Source of the DNA: an uncultured Hyphomicrobium sp.
GTDB lineage: Bacteria > Pseudomonadota > Alphaproteobacteria > Rhizobiales > Hyphomicrobiaceae
Assembly: GCA_964622715.1 (NCBI GenBank)
Contig: CAZURR010000001.1
Coordinates: 31,495 to 95,017 of the forward strand
Direction of reading: 5' to 3'
Length of the DNA: 63,523 bases
Numbering within the stretch: the first letter of the stretch is position 1; every line of letters starts with the position of its first letter. The notes beneath the pieces are model-generated. The model had not been told where the DNA came from, searched no databases, and saw only the letters and a program-made list of their open reading frames with translations. Below are positions 8,356 through 19,790 of the stretch, one piece after another. A program made the translations under genes and the position numbers.

Positions 8356-10467
8356 ATGAGTTGGTCGATCGACTTTGCGCCCATGCTGCCCGCCCCGGTC
8401 TTTTGGGTCGCGGGTGCCATTGCGCTTGCGCTTGTCGGCTACCTTCTCTTCCGCGGCACGCGCGGTGCGCTTCTGCGCACCGCAGCCCTTGCCGCTCTGA
8501 TCGCCGCTCTTGCAAATCCGACGCTGCGCCAAGAGGAGCGTGAAGGCCTCTCCAACGTGGCCATCGTGATCGTCGATGAGAGCGCCAGCCAGACGCTGGG
8601 CCAGCGCCCCCAACAAACGGCCGCCGTCAAGGCCGAGCTCGAGGAAAAGCTCGCCAAGGTTCCAAACCTCAACGCTAAATGGGTTTCGGCATCAGCGCCG
8701 AGTGATACGTCGTCGCCAGGCACACACCTTTTTGCCGACCTCAACCGTGCGCTTGCCAACACACCGCCTGACCGGCTCGCCGGTGTCATCATGCTCACAG
8801 ACGGCGAGGTGCACGATGTTCCCAAGTCTGCCGCCGCGCTTGGCTTCGATGCCCCTGTTCACGCTCTGCTGACCGGCGCACCCGACGAATTCGACCGCCG
8901 CATCGAAGTCTTGAAGGCGCCGCGTTACGGCATCGTAGGTCAGTCGCGCGATATCGAGGTCGCCGTTCGTGAAGCAGGCGCCAGCAGCAATGCTCCCGAG
9001 ATCGTCACCCTCAAGGTGCGTCGTGAGGGGCGCACCGATGAGCGCATCACAACGTCAATCGACACGCCCGTGAAGATCGAAATGCCATTCCCGCATGCGG
9101 GACAAAACATCCTCGAAGTTGAGCTCGACCCCACACCGGGTGAGCTAACGCCGTCTAACAACCGCGCGGTGCTCGCCGCTGATGGCGTGCGTGAGAATTT
9201 GCGCGTGTTGCTCATCTCCGGAGAGCCGAACCCTGGTGAGCGCACTTGGCGCAACCTTCTCAAGTCCGACGCCGCCGTCGATCTGGTGCACTTTACGATT
9301 TTGCGCCCGCCTGAGAAGCACGACGGCACACCGATCAACCAACTGTCGCTCATTGCTTTTCCAACGCGCGAGCTATTCTCAGAAAAGATCAACGACTTCG
9401 ATCTTATAATCTTTGACCGCTACCAGCACCGCGGCCTGTTGCAACTGCCCTACTACGACAACATCGCGCGTTACGTGGAAGATGAAGGCGGTGCGCTCTT
9501 AGTGGCGGCCGGAGACGACTATGCAGGCAACCTCAGCCTCTTCCGGACGCCATTGTCGCCCGTGCTTCCAGCGCCACCGACCGGCCGTGTCATTGTCGAG
9601 CCGTTCAAGGCGAAACTGTCAAAGGATGGTCGTAAGCATCCCGTCACGCGAGATCTGGCTGGAGCCGGGGTCGAGGGCAGCGACCCCACATGGGGCCGCT
9701 GGTTCCGCCAGGTCGAGGTGAGCCCTGAGAACGGGCGCATCCTCATGGAGGGTGCTGGCGATCGGCCACTGCTTCTGCTCGATCGCAGGGGTGAAGGCCG
9801 GGTCGCCCTGCTCACCTCAGACCACGCGTGGCTATGGGCGCGCGGCTTTGAGGGCGGAGGCCCGCACAGCGACCTTCTACGCCGCCTCTCGCATTGGCTC
9901 ATGAAGGAGCCTGACCTCGAAGAAGAGCGCCTGCTTGCGTCGGCACGGGGTCTGAAACTAACCGTTGAGCGCCGCTCGATGGAGGAAACCGTCGAGCCCG
10001 TCACATTGTCCTCGCCCGGAGGGGAAACCTCTGAACTGAAGTTGGAACCGGCGGGTGCCGGCATCTGGCGCACCAGCGTCGATGTGAAAATCCCGGGCCT
10101 CTATAAAGTGCAATCCGGCGATTTGGCGGCGGTTGCGCATGCCGGCATCGATGATCCAATCGAAATGAGCAAAGTCACGGCAACCGAGGAGAAGCTGGAG
10201 CCTTTGATCGACGCCACTGGCGGGGGCGCTTTCTGGACGCGTTCAACGGCTGCACAGTCCGCAGCGCAAGCAGCCGACGTCGACGTGCCGCGCATCTCCA
10301 TGCTCGTCAACGCCAAGGTGCTCGCCGGGTCGGGATGGCTCGGCCTCAAGGACCGCGAAGCCTTTGTCACGCGCGGCGTAAAGCTGACACCCATGTTTAC
10401 CGGCCTCTCAGCCCTTGCAGCACTTTTGTTTCTGATAGCAATGGCCTGGTGGCGCGAAGGCCGCTAG
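8356..10467 (+). CDS. Conserved membrane protein with VWA-like and class I glutamine amidotransferase-like domains (last gene of the moxR operon)
   Basis: VIVDESASQ and LTDGEVHD MIDAS-like motifs; RVLLISGEP.PGERTWRNLLKSD; C-terminal TM ending WWREGR. Confidence 0.8.
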   Translation: MSWSIDFAPMLPAPVFWVAGAIALALVGYLLFRGTRGALLRTAALAALIAALANPTLRQEEREGLSNVAIVIVDESASQTLGQRPQQTAAVKAELEEKLAKVPNLNAKWVSASAPSDTSSPGTHLFADLNRALANTPPDRLAGVIMLTDGEVHDVPKSAAALGFDAPVHALLTGAPDEFDRRIEVLKAPRYGIVGQSRDIEVAVREAGASSNAPEIVTLKVRREGRTDERITTSIDTPVKIEMPFPHAGQNILEVELDPTPGELTPSNNRAVLAADGVRENLRVLLISGEPNPGERTWRNLLKSDAAVDLVHFTILRPPEKHDGTPINQLSLIAFPTRELFSEKINDFDLIIFDRYQHRGLLQLPYYDNIARYVEDEGGALLVAAGDDYAGNLSLFRTPLSPVLPAPPTGRVIVEPFKAKLSKDGRKHPVTRDLAGAGVEGSDPTWGRWFRQVEVSPENGRILMEGAGDRPLLLLDRRGEGRVALLTSDHAWLWARGFEGGGPHSDLLRRLSHWLMKEPDLEEERLLASARGLKLTVERRSMEETVEPVTLSSPGGETSELKLEPAGAGIWRTSVDVKIPGLYKVQSGDLAAVAHAGIDDPIEMSKVTATEEKLEPLIDATGGGAFWTRSTAAQSAAQAADVDVPRISMLVNAKVLAGSGWLGLKDREAFVTRGVKLTPMFTGLSALAALLFLIAMAWWREGR

Positions 10468-10581
10468 CGCGCCCACAACCTATCTACAAGAAGCCCGCAA
10501 GCTCGCCTTGCCACCCCTTCGGGTGCGGTTCACACTCTGTGAGCGAAAATCGCCGTCGGGCTGCAACCGGGAGGGTTACCC

Positions 10582-10968
10582 ATGGAGACCTCACTCTTTC
10601 TTGCCAAACTGATTGGACCTGTGCTGATCGTGATCGGCCTCGGCCTGCTCGTAAAGCCGACCGACTTCCGCGAAATGGCCACTGACTTCCTTGCCAGCCG
10701 CGCCATGATCTTTCTTGCCGGATTGCTGACGCTCGTCACCGGCCTGGCCATTGTGCTCACCCATAATGTCTGGGAGTTCAACTGGCCGGTCATAATTACG
10801 ATCCTTGGCTGGCTGTCCGTCGCGGGCGGCGTGTTCCGCATTCTCTTCCCCGCTGGCGTACAGGCGATGGGCACATCCATGATGGATAAGCCCGCAATGA
10901 TGACCGTGGGCGGCGCCATCCAAATCGTGCTCGGCCTTTGGCTATGCTACGCCGGCTACATGGCTTGA
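10582..10968 (+). CDS. Four-TM hypothetical membrane protein
   Basis: GGAGGG RBS; hydrophobic 128 aa with HNVW..NWPVIITILGW. Confidence 0.8.
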   Translation: METSLFLAKLIGPVLIVIGLGLLVKPTDFREMATDFLASRAMIFLAGLLTLVTGLAIVLTHNVWEFNWPVIITILGWLSVAGGVFRILFPAGVQAMGTSMMDKPAMMTVGGAIQIVLGLWLCYAGYMA

Positions 10969-11023
10969 TGCTTCTCTTAGCTTTCGTCCTTGCACCTTGA
11001 TCCGGGACGGCGCACACTCAGCG

Positions 11024-13160
<2,137 letters not shown>

Positions 13161-13168
13161 CCCCCTTT

Positions 13169-13263
13169 GTCATGGCCGAGCCATGCTTCGCATAGACTCA
13201 GAAAAAGAGCTGACCAAACTCAAGCGGACACTTGCGTAGATCGCGCTCTCCGGCGGGATGACG
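13169..13263. repeat. REP-like (CGTC-type) intergenic repeat
   Basis: Ends GTCAT...GGGATGACG; 13221-13263 matches the reverse complement of 62371-62413 at 38/43 nt. Confidence 0.65.
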
Positions 13264-13336
13264 GGAGTCATGGAAGGGCCAGCATGACATAGCAGTGATG
13301 GACCCGCAACAGATGCGCGACTGCGAAGCGGCGTGC

Positions 13337-13580
13337 ACCTATCAAAACTGTAACTTTTCACATTGCGCGAAGCATGGCAGGCTTCCTACATCTTCAACAA
13401 CTGAAAGGAGGTGATCCGATGTCGAGTGGGATCTTGAGGACGGCGACGTCGTGGTCGCTCGGGTTCAAGCCGGATTTGCCTCTGGTGACGGCCTGACCCC
13501 AGCTAAGCGACGCAGCGCGACAACCGCTGCTGATCGCCGCCGAAATCTCACGGGGGCCGCCCTTAGGGCGGCCCCTTTGC
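13337..13580 (+). repeat. Direct repeat copy 1 (promoter-like region, small ORF, hairpin, terminator)
   Basis: Matches 14249-14492 (offset 912) with 8 differences; 13389-13562 is identical to 14301-14474. Confidence 0.95.
13419..13496 (+). CDS. Putative 25-aa small protein MSSGILRTATSWSLGFKPDLPLVTA (copy 1)
   Basis: AAAGGAGGTGATCC at 13404-13417, GGAGG 7 nt before ATG; followed by a terminator. Confidence 0.6.
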   Translation: MSSGILRTATSWSLGFKPDLPLVTA

Positions 13581-13584
13581 TTTT
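13552..13584 (+). terminator. Intrinsic terminator
   Basis: ggggccgccc-TTA-gggcggcccc followed by tttgctttt. Confidence 0.85.
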
Positions 13585-13725
13585 GCCGCTGGTGTTGCCG
13601 ATAACATACGACGCATCAACATTGCCACACAATGCCGAGAACAGACCTCTTGTTGTCCGAGATCACATCAAAGCGTACACGAATCACAGACGCCCTGAAC
13701 GCGTTCCTCATCTCAAAGGTACCCC

Positions 13726-14115
13726 ATGCCCCTCCTCCGCTTTGATCTGATCGAAGGCCGCTCTGATGCCGAGCTCAAGGCTCTGCTCGACGCGGCCCAC
13801 CGCGCGATGCTTGCGGCGTTCAAAGTCCCGGTGCGCGATCGCTACCAAATCGTGCACGAGCACAAGTCATCGCGCATGATCATCGAGGACACAGGGCTTG
13901 GAATCCCCCGCACCGACAAGGTCGTCTCCCTACAGGTGACGAGCCGCCCACGCGGGCGCGACGCCAAGCAAACATTCTACCGTCTGCTCACAGAGGAGCT
14001 GGAGCGCAGCTGCGGAATTGCGCCTTCCGACGTCATGGTGTCGATCGTTGAGAATACGGATGAGGACTGGTCGTTCGGGCTTGGCCGTGCGCAATTCCTC
14101 ACCTGCGATCTTTAA
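13726..14115 (+). CDS. Tautomerase superfamily protein (4-OT/MSAD-like)
   Basis: Pro at position 2 (catalytic Pro-1); VPVRDRYQ; ENTDEDWSFGLGRAQF. Confidence 0.88.
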   Translation: MPLLRFDLIEGRSDAELKALLDAAHRAMLAAFKVPVRDRYQIVHEHKSSRMIIEDTGLGIPRTDKVVSLQVTSRPRGRDAKQTFYRLLTEELERSCGIAPSDVMVSIVENTDEDWSFGLGRAQFLTCDL

Positions 14116-14248
14116 GCATACGGCGACCATAAGACGCCCACTCGTGTTCCCTCAATTTAACTCCTATCACCCGCATTCGATTCATCCCGGCGCGCCTACA
14201 GCGTGAACTCAAAGCTCGCGCGTTGTGGCCATGAAATAACGCGTCGGG

Positions 14249-14492
14249 ACCTATCAAAACCGTAACATTTCACATTGCGCGAAGCATGTCAGGCTTCGCG
14301 CATCTTCAACAACTGAAAGGAGGTGATCCGATGTCGAGTGGGATCTTGAGGACGGCGACGTCGTGGTCGCTCGGGTTCAAGCCGGATTTGCCTCTGGTGA
14401 CGGCCTGACCCCAGCTAAGCGACGCAGCGCGACAACCGCTGCTGATCGCCGCCGAAATCTCACGGGGGCCGCCCAAAGGGCGGCCCCTTTGC
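14249..14492 (+). repeat. Direct repeat copy 2
   Basis: See copy 1; terminator loop is AAA instead of TTA. Confidence 0.95.
14331..14408 (+). CDS. Putative 25-aa small protein (copy 2, identical)
   Basis: Same extended SD (14316-14329) and identical ORF. Confidence 0.6.
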   Translation: MSSGILRTATSWSLGFKPDLPLVTA

Positions 14493-14496
14493 CTTT
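14464..14496 (+). terminator. Intrinsic terminator
   Basis: ggggccgccc-AAA-gggcggcccc-tttgccttt. Confidence 0.8.
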
Positions 14497-14762
14497 GCAG
14501 GGATGCCACTCGTTCATGGCGAGGCCTGAACGCGCTTAGGTGGCCGGGAGTTCGTCAGAAAATCGTGAATCGATTCGGAGCAGCACCATCGCCGCGCGGG
14601 CGCTCATACCGCTAATGACCCAACAAATTCTGGCGTTTTCGCCCTTCGAAGCGGCATCCATCGAAATTTGGTTCTCCACTGTGGCGCTCGTGACCTTGTC
14701 GTCCCCCGCAGGCCGGCGTATCCGAAATCTCCGCGGCATTCATTTGTAGAAGGAGGACTACC

Positions 14763-15059
14763 ATGAAAACCAGACTCGCTGCCTTCATGCTGGTCATAGG
14801 CGCGATCGGGTTCATGCTGTCGCCGGTGACGAGTTTTACACGCCAAGCCGAAGCCAAAATGGTCTGCAAGACCAAGCGCGGCAAGGGATGGGCTTGGACT
14901 GAGGGAATGGCCCGGTTCCAGGCCTGGGAGATCGTCGCGCAGCTGAGCGGCAACTGGCCGTTCAAAGTCGATACCTTCAAGAATGAGCGCTACAAGTGCA
15001 AGAAGGACGGCAGCGGCTATACCTGTCTTTCGTGGATCGACGTCTGCAAGTCCACCTAA
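14763..15059 (+). CDS. Small exported 4-Cys protein
   Basis: AAGGAGG RBS; signal-like N-terminus ending AEA; RYKC-x8-C-x6-CK. Confidence 0.85.
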   Translation: MKTRLAAFMLVIGAIGFMLSPVTSFTRQAEAKMVCKTKRGKGWAWTEGMARFQAWEIVAQLSGNWPFKVDTFKNERYKCKKDGSGYTCLSWIDVCKST

Positions 15060-15557
15060 CCGATCTGGCCGTTGAGAGTTTTGCCGTTTTTCGGCTCCGA
15101 TGCTCAGCGGGTGCTGGCGACTACTCGATGGCGGCGTTTCGGTCCGACATCGCTGTTATCAATTCCACGACCGTACGGTGAAGGTGCGGATCGCCGAAGC
15201 AAAAGGCGATTGGCAAAGCGAAATACGCATCAAGGCAAAAGTCCTCTTGGACTATGTCGACACAGCGGAAGGAGACGCTGTCCATCAGTTAGCCTCGTTG
15301 CTTTGTAAGGCCGTCCTTGCTTTGCAAGTCGTCAGCCGTAATTGACTGATTCTCACGCGTGTCGCGCGCTTTGCTCGGGCCGACCTCAACCCACGGGACA
15401 ACGCGCGTCGACGCGGCACATCGCTGGACGTTCCGTTGTCGGAACTATTCGCCAGAAAACTCGAACATCTTGCCTCTGCTCGACATATTACTCTAACGGA
15501 GTCATGTTGCACTCTAGTGTAATGAGGCGTCCACTATACATGTGAAGGGGGGACATC

Positions 15558-16049
15558 ATGCTTCAGCGTAATTTTGGTGCGGATACGACATCGCCAGAAA
15601 CACTTCCAAGGCCAGTTGCCGCCGCCAAGGAACCCGCAAAATACAACGGCGCAGACCCAGCTGCGAACCACGCCGCATCGGTGATCGGCACCGACCTTAC
15701 TGTGATCGGCAACGGCGTTACGCTCATTTGCCAAAGCACGCTCGTCATCGCGGGCGAGGTGTCGGGGGACATCAATGGTGACTGGGTGACCGTTGCAGAG
15801 ACTGGCAAAGTCCAGGGCACCATTACGGCCCGCGCTGTCTCAGTCTACGGTCAGGTTCATGGCGCGCTTCGCGCCACGACGGTGACGCTGCATTCCACCG
15901 CCCGCGTCAACTGCGATATTTTGCAAATTCATCTGATCATCGCCGAAGGCGCCCAGTTTGACGGAAACGTGCAAAAAGCCCGATCCGAGGCCGAACTGCC
16001 GCTTCTGGTCGAGGCGCCCGATCAGGCCACGCCCGCCCAGTCTTATTGA
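15558..16049 (+). CDS. Bactofilin (polymer-forming cytoskeletal protein)
   Basis: SVIGTDLTVIG, L.IAGEV.GDI, V.VYGQV.G.L.A..V.L.STARV..DI....L.IAEGA.FDG beta-helix pattern. Confidence 0.88.
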   Translation: MLQRNFGADTTSPETLPRPVAAAKEPAKYNGADPAANHAASVIGTDLTVIGNGVTLICQSTLVIAGEVSGDINGDWVTVAETGKVQGTITARAVSVYGQVHGALRATTVTLHSTARVNCDILQIHLIIAEGAQFDGNVQKARSEAELPLLVEAPDQATPAQSY

Positions 16050-16089
16050 CGAGCGATTTTTCGAGAACAAGTCGCGAAAGGGCGCACGG

Positions 16090-17583
16090 TCAAGCCGAGG
16101 ACTTTTCGATCCCGGTAATGCGCTCAAGCAAGCGCGCTCGGCGCTGCGGCTTCACTTTCCCTGACTGTCCAGCCCCGTCGCCTGAGGCTTCGGCAACGTC
16201 GGCAGAAGCGTTGCTGACATCGCCCGAGCCCGCTCCGCCGAGCGCTTTCAAGAAGCCGCTTGCACCCTCGGGATTTGGCCGCTGCCCCTGAATTTGCCCC
16301 TCATCCTGTTTGACACTACGTGCCGCGCCCGTTTCATTGATACGCTCAGCAAGCGGGCGCTTTGACCCCGACGGCGCCGACGACTCGCTGCCACGCCCCG
16401 ATGAGCGGGTAGCAGGAACCGTGCCTCCGCCCAAACGGCGCATCTCTTCCATGAAATAAGCGGCTTGCCGCGCAAGACGCTCGTTGCCAGACGCTACTTC
16501 TGCACGCAGAGACTGTATCGTAACCGACTGCTCATCGGACAGGGCCTTTAGCGAGCTCAGTCGCGCCTTGAGCGCGATCTTACTTTCCTTGACCCCGCGC
16601 TCGTCCTTGTCGGAGGCCTCATAAGTTCCAAGCGCCGCCTTCAGCCGCGCAATCTCCGCCGCCTGGTCCTGGTTCGCCGTTCTTAGTTTGCGCAATTCGT
16701 CTGAAGATTTGGCGTTATCGGACTCATTCGCCTCCGCATAACTCTGAACCGCTACAAGCTTCGGCTCCCCCGTATCGGAACGATCGCCGTTACGCTTGCT
16801 CACCAATCTGGCCGGCCTGCTCGCCTCGTTGCCGCCGCTTGACACAGCGGCCATCGCGTGACCGCCTCCGGCCTGGGCTGCGGGCCCCGCTCGCACAAGA
16901 ATCGCTTGCAGACGCGAGATCAAAGCCGACTGGTCGCGTGTCTCGGCGCGCAGCGTTTCAATCTCGGTGCGCAGCGCCACCTCGCCATCGAATCTTGGAT
17001 CGCCCAGACCCTCGCGTTTGCGCGCTGCCCGTGTATTGAGCGCCGCCTTGAGACGGTGCACTTCATCAGTCTGCTGCGCGTTGATTTGCTTCGCCTCTTC
17101 CAGTGCGCGCAGCTGCTTTTCGCTTGTTTGACTCAAGCCAACAATCTCGCGGTCGCGCTGGAACAAAAGCTTCTTCGCCTCGGCCAGCCGGTGCTCGACT
17201 CTCGGCAGCCGGTCCATGATCGTTTGCTCAAGCACGCGCCGCGCATTCTCGTGCTCTTCCATAAAAGTATGTTGCCGGCCGACTTCTTCTTCCAACTCGC
17301 TAATCGCCGCGTCGCGACGGTTGAGTTCCACCTTCTGACGCGCGGCAGCATCTGCTGCCTCGTCAACCTTCATTTCCAGCTTGTGGATGAGGATAGCGTA
17401 CTCGGCTCTAACGCGGTCCTTGTCGGCGCGAATCTCGGCCTCGGTGAGCGGCATCGAGCGCTTGATCGCCTCGATGGCCAGACGTCCCGAACGCCGGCGA
17501 TATAGCGGAGCGAGAAACAGCGCCAACAGCGCCGCCGTGAGGAAGCCAAGACCGGCCAGCATGACCATCTCGATGGTGATCAC
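16090..17583 (-). CDS. Membrane-anchored long coiled-coil protein
   Basis: N-terminal TM (LAGLGFLTAALLALFLAP), MPLTEAEIRADKD..RAEYA, extended heptads; GTG start at 17583 inferred. Confidence 0.8.
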   Translation of the reverse strand: MITIEMVMLAGLGFLTAALLALFLAPLYRRRSGRLAIEAIKRSMPLTEAEIRADKDRVRAEYAILIHKLEMKVDEAADAAARQKVELNRRDAAISELEEEVGRQHTFMEEHENARRVLEQTIMDRLPRVEHRLAEAKKLLFQRDREIVGLSQTSEKQLRALEEAKQINAQQTDEVHRLKAALNTRAARKREGLGDPRFDGEVALRTEIETLRAETRDQSALISRLQAILVRAGPAAQAGGGHAMAAVSSGGNEASRPARLVSKRNGDRSDTGEPKLVAVQSYAEANESDNAKSSDELRKLRTANQDQAAEIARLKAALGTYEASDKDERGVKESKIALKARLSSLKALSDEQSVTIQSLRAEVASGNERLARQAAYFMEEMRRLGGGTVPATRSSGRGSESSAPSGSKRPLAERINETGAARSVKQDEGQIQGQRPNPEGASGFLKALGGAGSGDVSNASADVAEASGDGAGQSGKVKPQRRARLLERITGIEKSSA

Positions 17584-17738
17584 GCGTGCGTCCCCAACTT
17601 TGACATCCGGCGAACTCCCAAATTCTCGCGCTTGAACGAACCGAACATTTTGCGTCGTATCATCAGGCAAACGATCGTATCGCCCAATACATCACCCGCT
17701 GTTCTCCAGCCCGACCCTAATTCTGTGCCGCGCGGCGA

Positions 17739-18560
17739 CTAAAACGGATTCCATGTTGGAGCTCGGGTATACTTCAAATAGCCGACGTTGGCACCCAATC
17801 GTAGTCCGACACCTGCGCGTATCGGCGCCATCGAGACACCTCCGTACTTCTGAAACTGAACGCCAACGCCGCCAACGATATAAGCCGAGCCCTGCACGCC
17901 TCCAAAGCGGTGGTATATCTGGGATGGATCGCGGAGGTTGTAGACTAGCACCATGGTCTTGGAGCCCTCTGCACCAAAGTCGTAACCGATTGAGGGCCCT
18001 TGCCAGTAAACCTTGTGAGCGCCGGCATCTTTGGTGAAAAGCGTGCCCTCGCCGTAGCGGAGCCCGGCGACGAATGCGCCGCCTGCGTCCTCGCCCAAAA
18101 TGTAGCCATTCGGCCGACCTGCCTTCTGGAATGTGTACTCCACGACACTTGCCAGTCCCTTACTCACCGATCCAAAAAATCCATGGCCGGCGGCCAGAAT
18201 TTCGTTCTGTGAATACGTATCGTTCGGCGGGGGTGCCTCGTCGGGGCCAAGCGGTGGCGGTGAATAGGGCTCGCCGTAACTGCGCGCGTCACGCTCGCCT
18301 TCCGGGCGATAGGCGTCATCAGGCCGGTAGTTGTCGTTCTCGCGGTAAACGCCACCGGGGCGATAGGGAGCATCGTTTGGCGCTGCGGCAGCGCCAGAAG
18401 GATAGTCGCCGTTGTTGTTGTAATTATCGTAGCCGTCGTTCGCGCCATAATCATTATTCTGCGCACGAGTTGCTTCAGGCATTACGAAAATTACTGCGAG
18501 CAACGCAAACACGGCGGTGACAGCAGGCGAAGCCGCCCGTCCGCGAATAAAGAGCGCCAT
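17739..18560 (-). CDS. DUF1134 (EipA-like) exported protein
   Basis: GHGFFG, PNGYILGED.GGAF.AGLRYGEG, YWQGPSIGYD, GLRLGANVGYLKYT..PTWNPF. Confidence 0.88.
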   Translation of the reverse strand: MALFIRGRAASPAVTAVFALLAVIFVMPEATRAQNNDYGANDGYDNYNNNGDYPSGAAAAPNDAPYRPGGVYRENDNYRPDDAYRPEGERDARSYGEPYSPPPLGPDEAPPPNDTYSQNEILAAGHGFFGSVSKGLASVVEYTFQKAGRPNGYILGEDAGGAFVAGLRYGEGTLFTKDAGAHKVYWQGPSIGYDFGAEGSKTMVLVYNLRDPSQIYHRFGGVQGSAYIVGGVGVQFQKYGGVSMAPIRAGVGLRLGANVGYLKYTRAPTWNPF

Positions 18561-18701
18561 GGTATAAATCCATTGTGTTGCACCGGCTTCCGCAGCCAAT
18601 CCGCGGATCCGTACAGTTCTCGAATAATTCGACTGAAACTGTTACCAAAGTGTGGCCAATCCGCGATAAAGCGTGGCCCATATGCGGCAGTTCCGCCACT
18701 C

Positions 18702-19526
18702 TTACGCAGCGCTGAGCAGTGGCCCGCGCGCCCACGCTACGAAGTGCGGATTGATGAACACGCCACCCTTATTCCCATAGAGCAATGGCGCACCTGCAAG
18801 TGTCGTCACAGAACCGCCTGCTGCGGTCAAGATGGCTTGGCCTGCGGCCGTGTCCCATTCGCTGGTCGCACCCAGCCTGGCGTAAAGATCGGCCTCCCCC
18901 CGCGCGATCAAACAAAATTTAAGCGAGGAGCTCGCCTTCTTTATCTCTGCGATCGACAGACGCTTTAAGAACGCGTCGGTGTCTTGGGCTGCGTGCGATC
19001 GGCTCGCAAACGCGACCAGCGCTTTGGGGTCGGGCTCGCGCGCATGCAACGGCCTGAATTCGTAATCGGTCAGTCGTGCGCCCTGCGCGTCGGGCGCAAT
19101 GTTAGCTTCTACGGCTTCTTGAGAGTTGAGTGTCGCGAAAAACTTACCCAGCGCCGGCGCATAGATGATTCCAAATACCGGCTGATTACCTTTGACGAGC
19201 CCAATATTGATCGTAAATTCAGGTTTGCGTGCGATGAACGCGCGTGTTCCATCCAGGGGATCGACGAGAAAAAACTCGCCTGCCGTCTCCGGCACCTTGC
19301 CCGCAGCAACTGATTCCTCTGCGATAACGGGAATGCCGGGCGCGACTTTGTTCAATCCCTCGACGAGGACGACCTCCGCCTCGTGATCGGCAACCGTTAC
19401 GGGCGTGGCGTCGGCCTTGGTCTCAACCTCGACGCCCGCGTTGAAGTGGTTCATCTCGATGCGCCCAGCAGCAAGGACCACGGGAAGCAGGGCCTCAAGC
19501 AAGCCTCTGTCAGGATTTATTGTCAT
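18702..19526 (-). CDS. cysQ: 3'(2'),5'-bisphosphate nucleotidase
   Basis: K.DATPVT.AD, IAEE, LVDPLDGT, EFTINI, SSLKFCLIA.GEADLY.R, EWDTAAG. Confidence 0.92.
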   Translation of the reverse strand: MTINPDRGLLEALLPVVLAAGRIEMNHFNAGVEVETKADATPVTVADHEAEVVLVEGLNKVAPGIPVIAEESVAAGKVPETAGEFFLVDPLDGTRAFIARKPEFTINIGLVKGNQPVFGIIYAPALGKFFATLNSQEAVEANIAPDAQGARLTDYEFRPLHAREPDPKALVAFASRSHAAQDTDAFLKRLSIAEIKKASSSLKFCLIARGEADLYARLGATSEWDTAAGQAILTAAGGSVTTLAGAPLLYGNKGGVFINPHFVAWARGPLLSAA

Positions 19527-19790
19527 GCGTTCACGTGTCCACTGATTCGCAAATACGCCTTGGGGCACTGAGCCGGAGGGCCGCCGTCGCACTGGCACGA
19601 CCCCACGAAAATCAAGGTCGCGCGGCGTTCCACGTTACAGGCCTTTACATCGAAAGTGCGGCCCGTGTATCAGAAGAGCACGACACTTCGCAAGCGACCT
19701 GCGTTTGCATACGTGGCGCGCTCCTCGATTGGCCGGGGCTGCTAAAGTTGCTGCGGTCGTTCGGACCTAGGACAACATTTGGGGGAATGG

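Noticed and set aside
13451-13750. 99-aa ORF overlapping repeat copy 1
   Set aside because: It runs through a strong terminator, has no RBS and is not maintained past the repeat
13337-14492. Repeats read as CRISPR, IS ends or an rRNA fragment
   Set aside because: Only two long direct copies, with no spacers or transposase; 16S complementarity is limited to 14 nt
15072-15545. Several short ORFs between the 4-Cys gene and bactofilin
   Set aside because: No RBS or recognisable motif; cannot be supported
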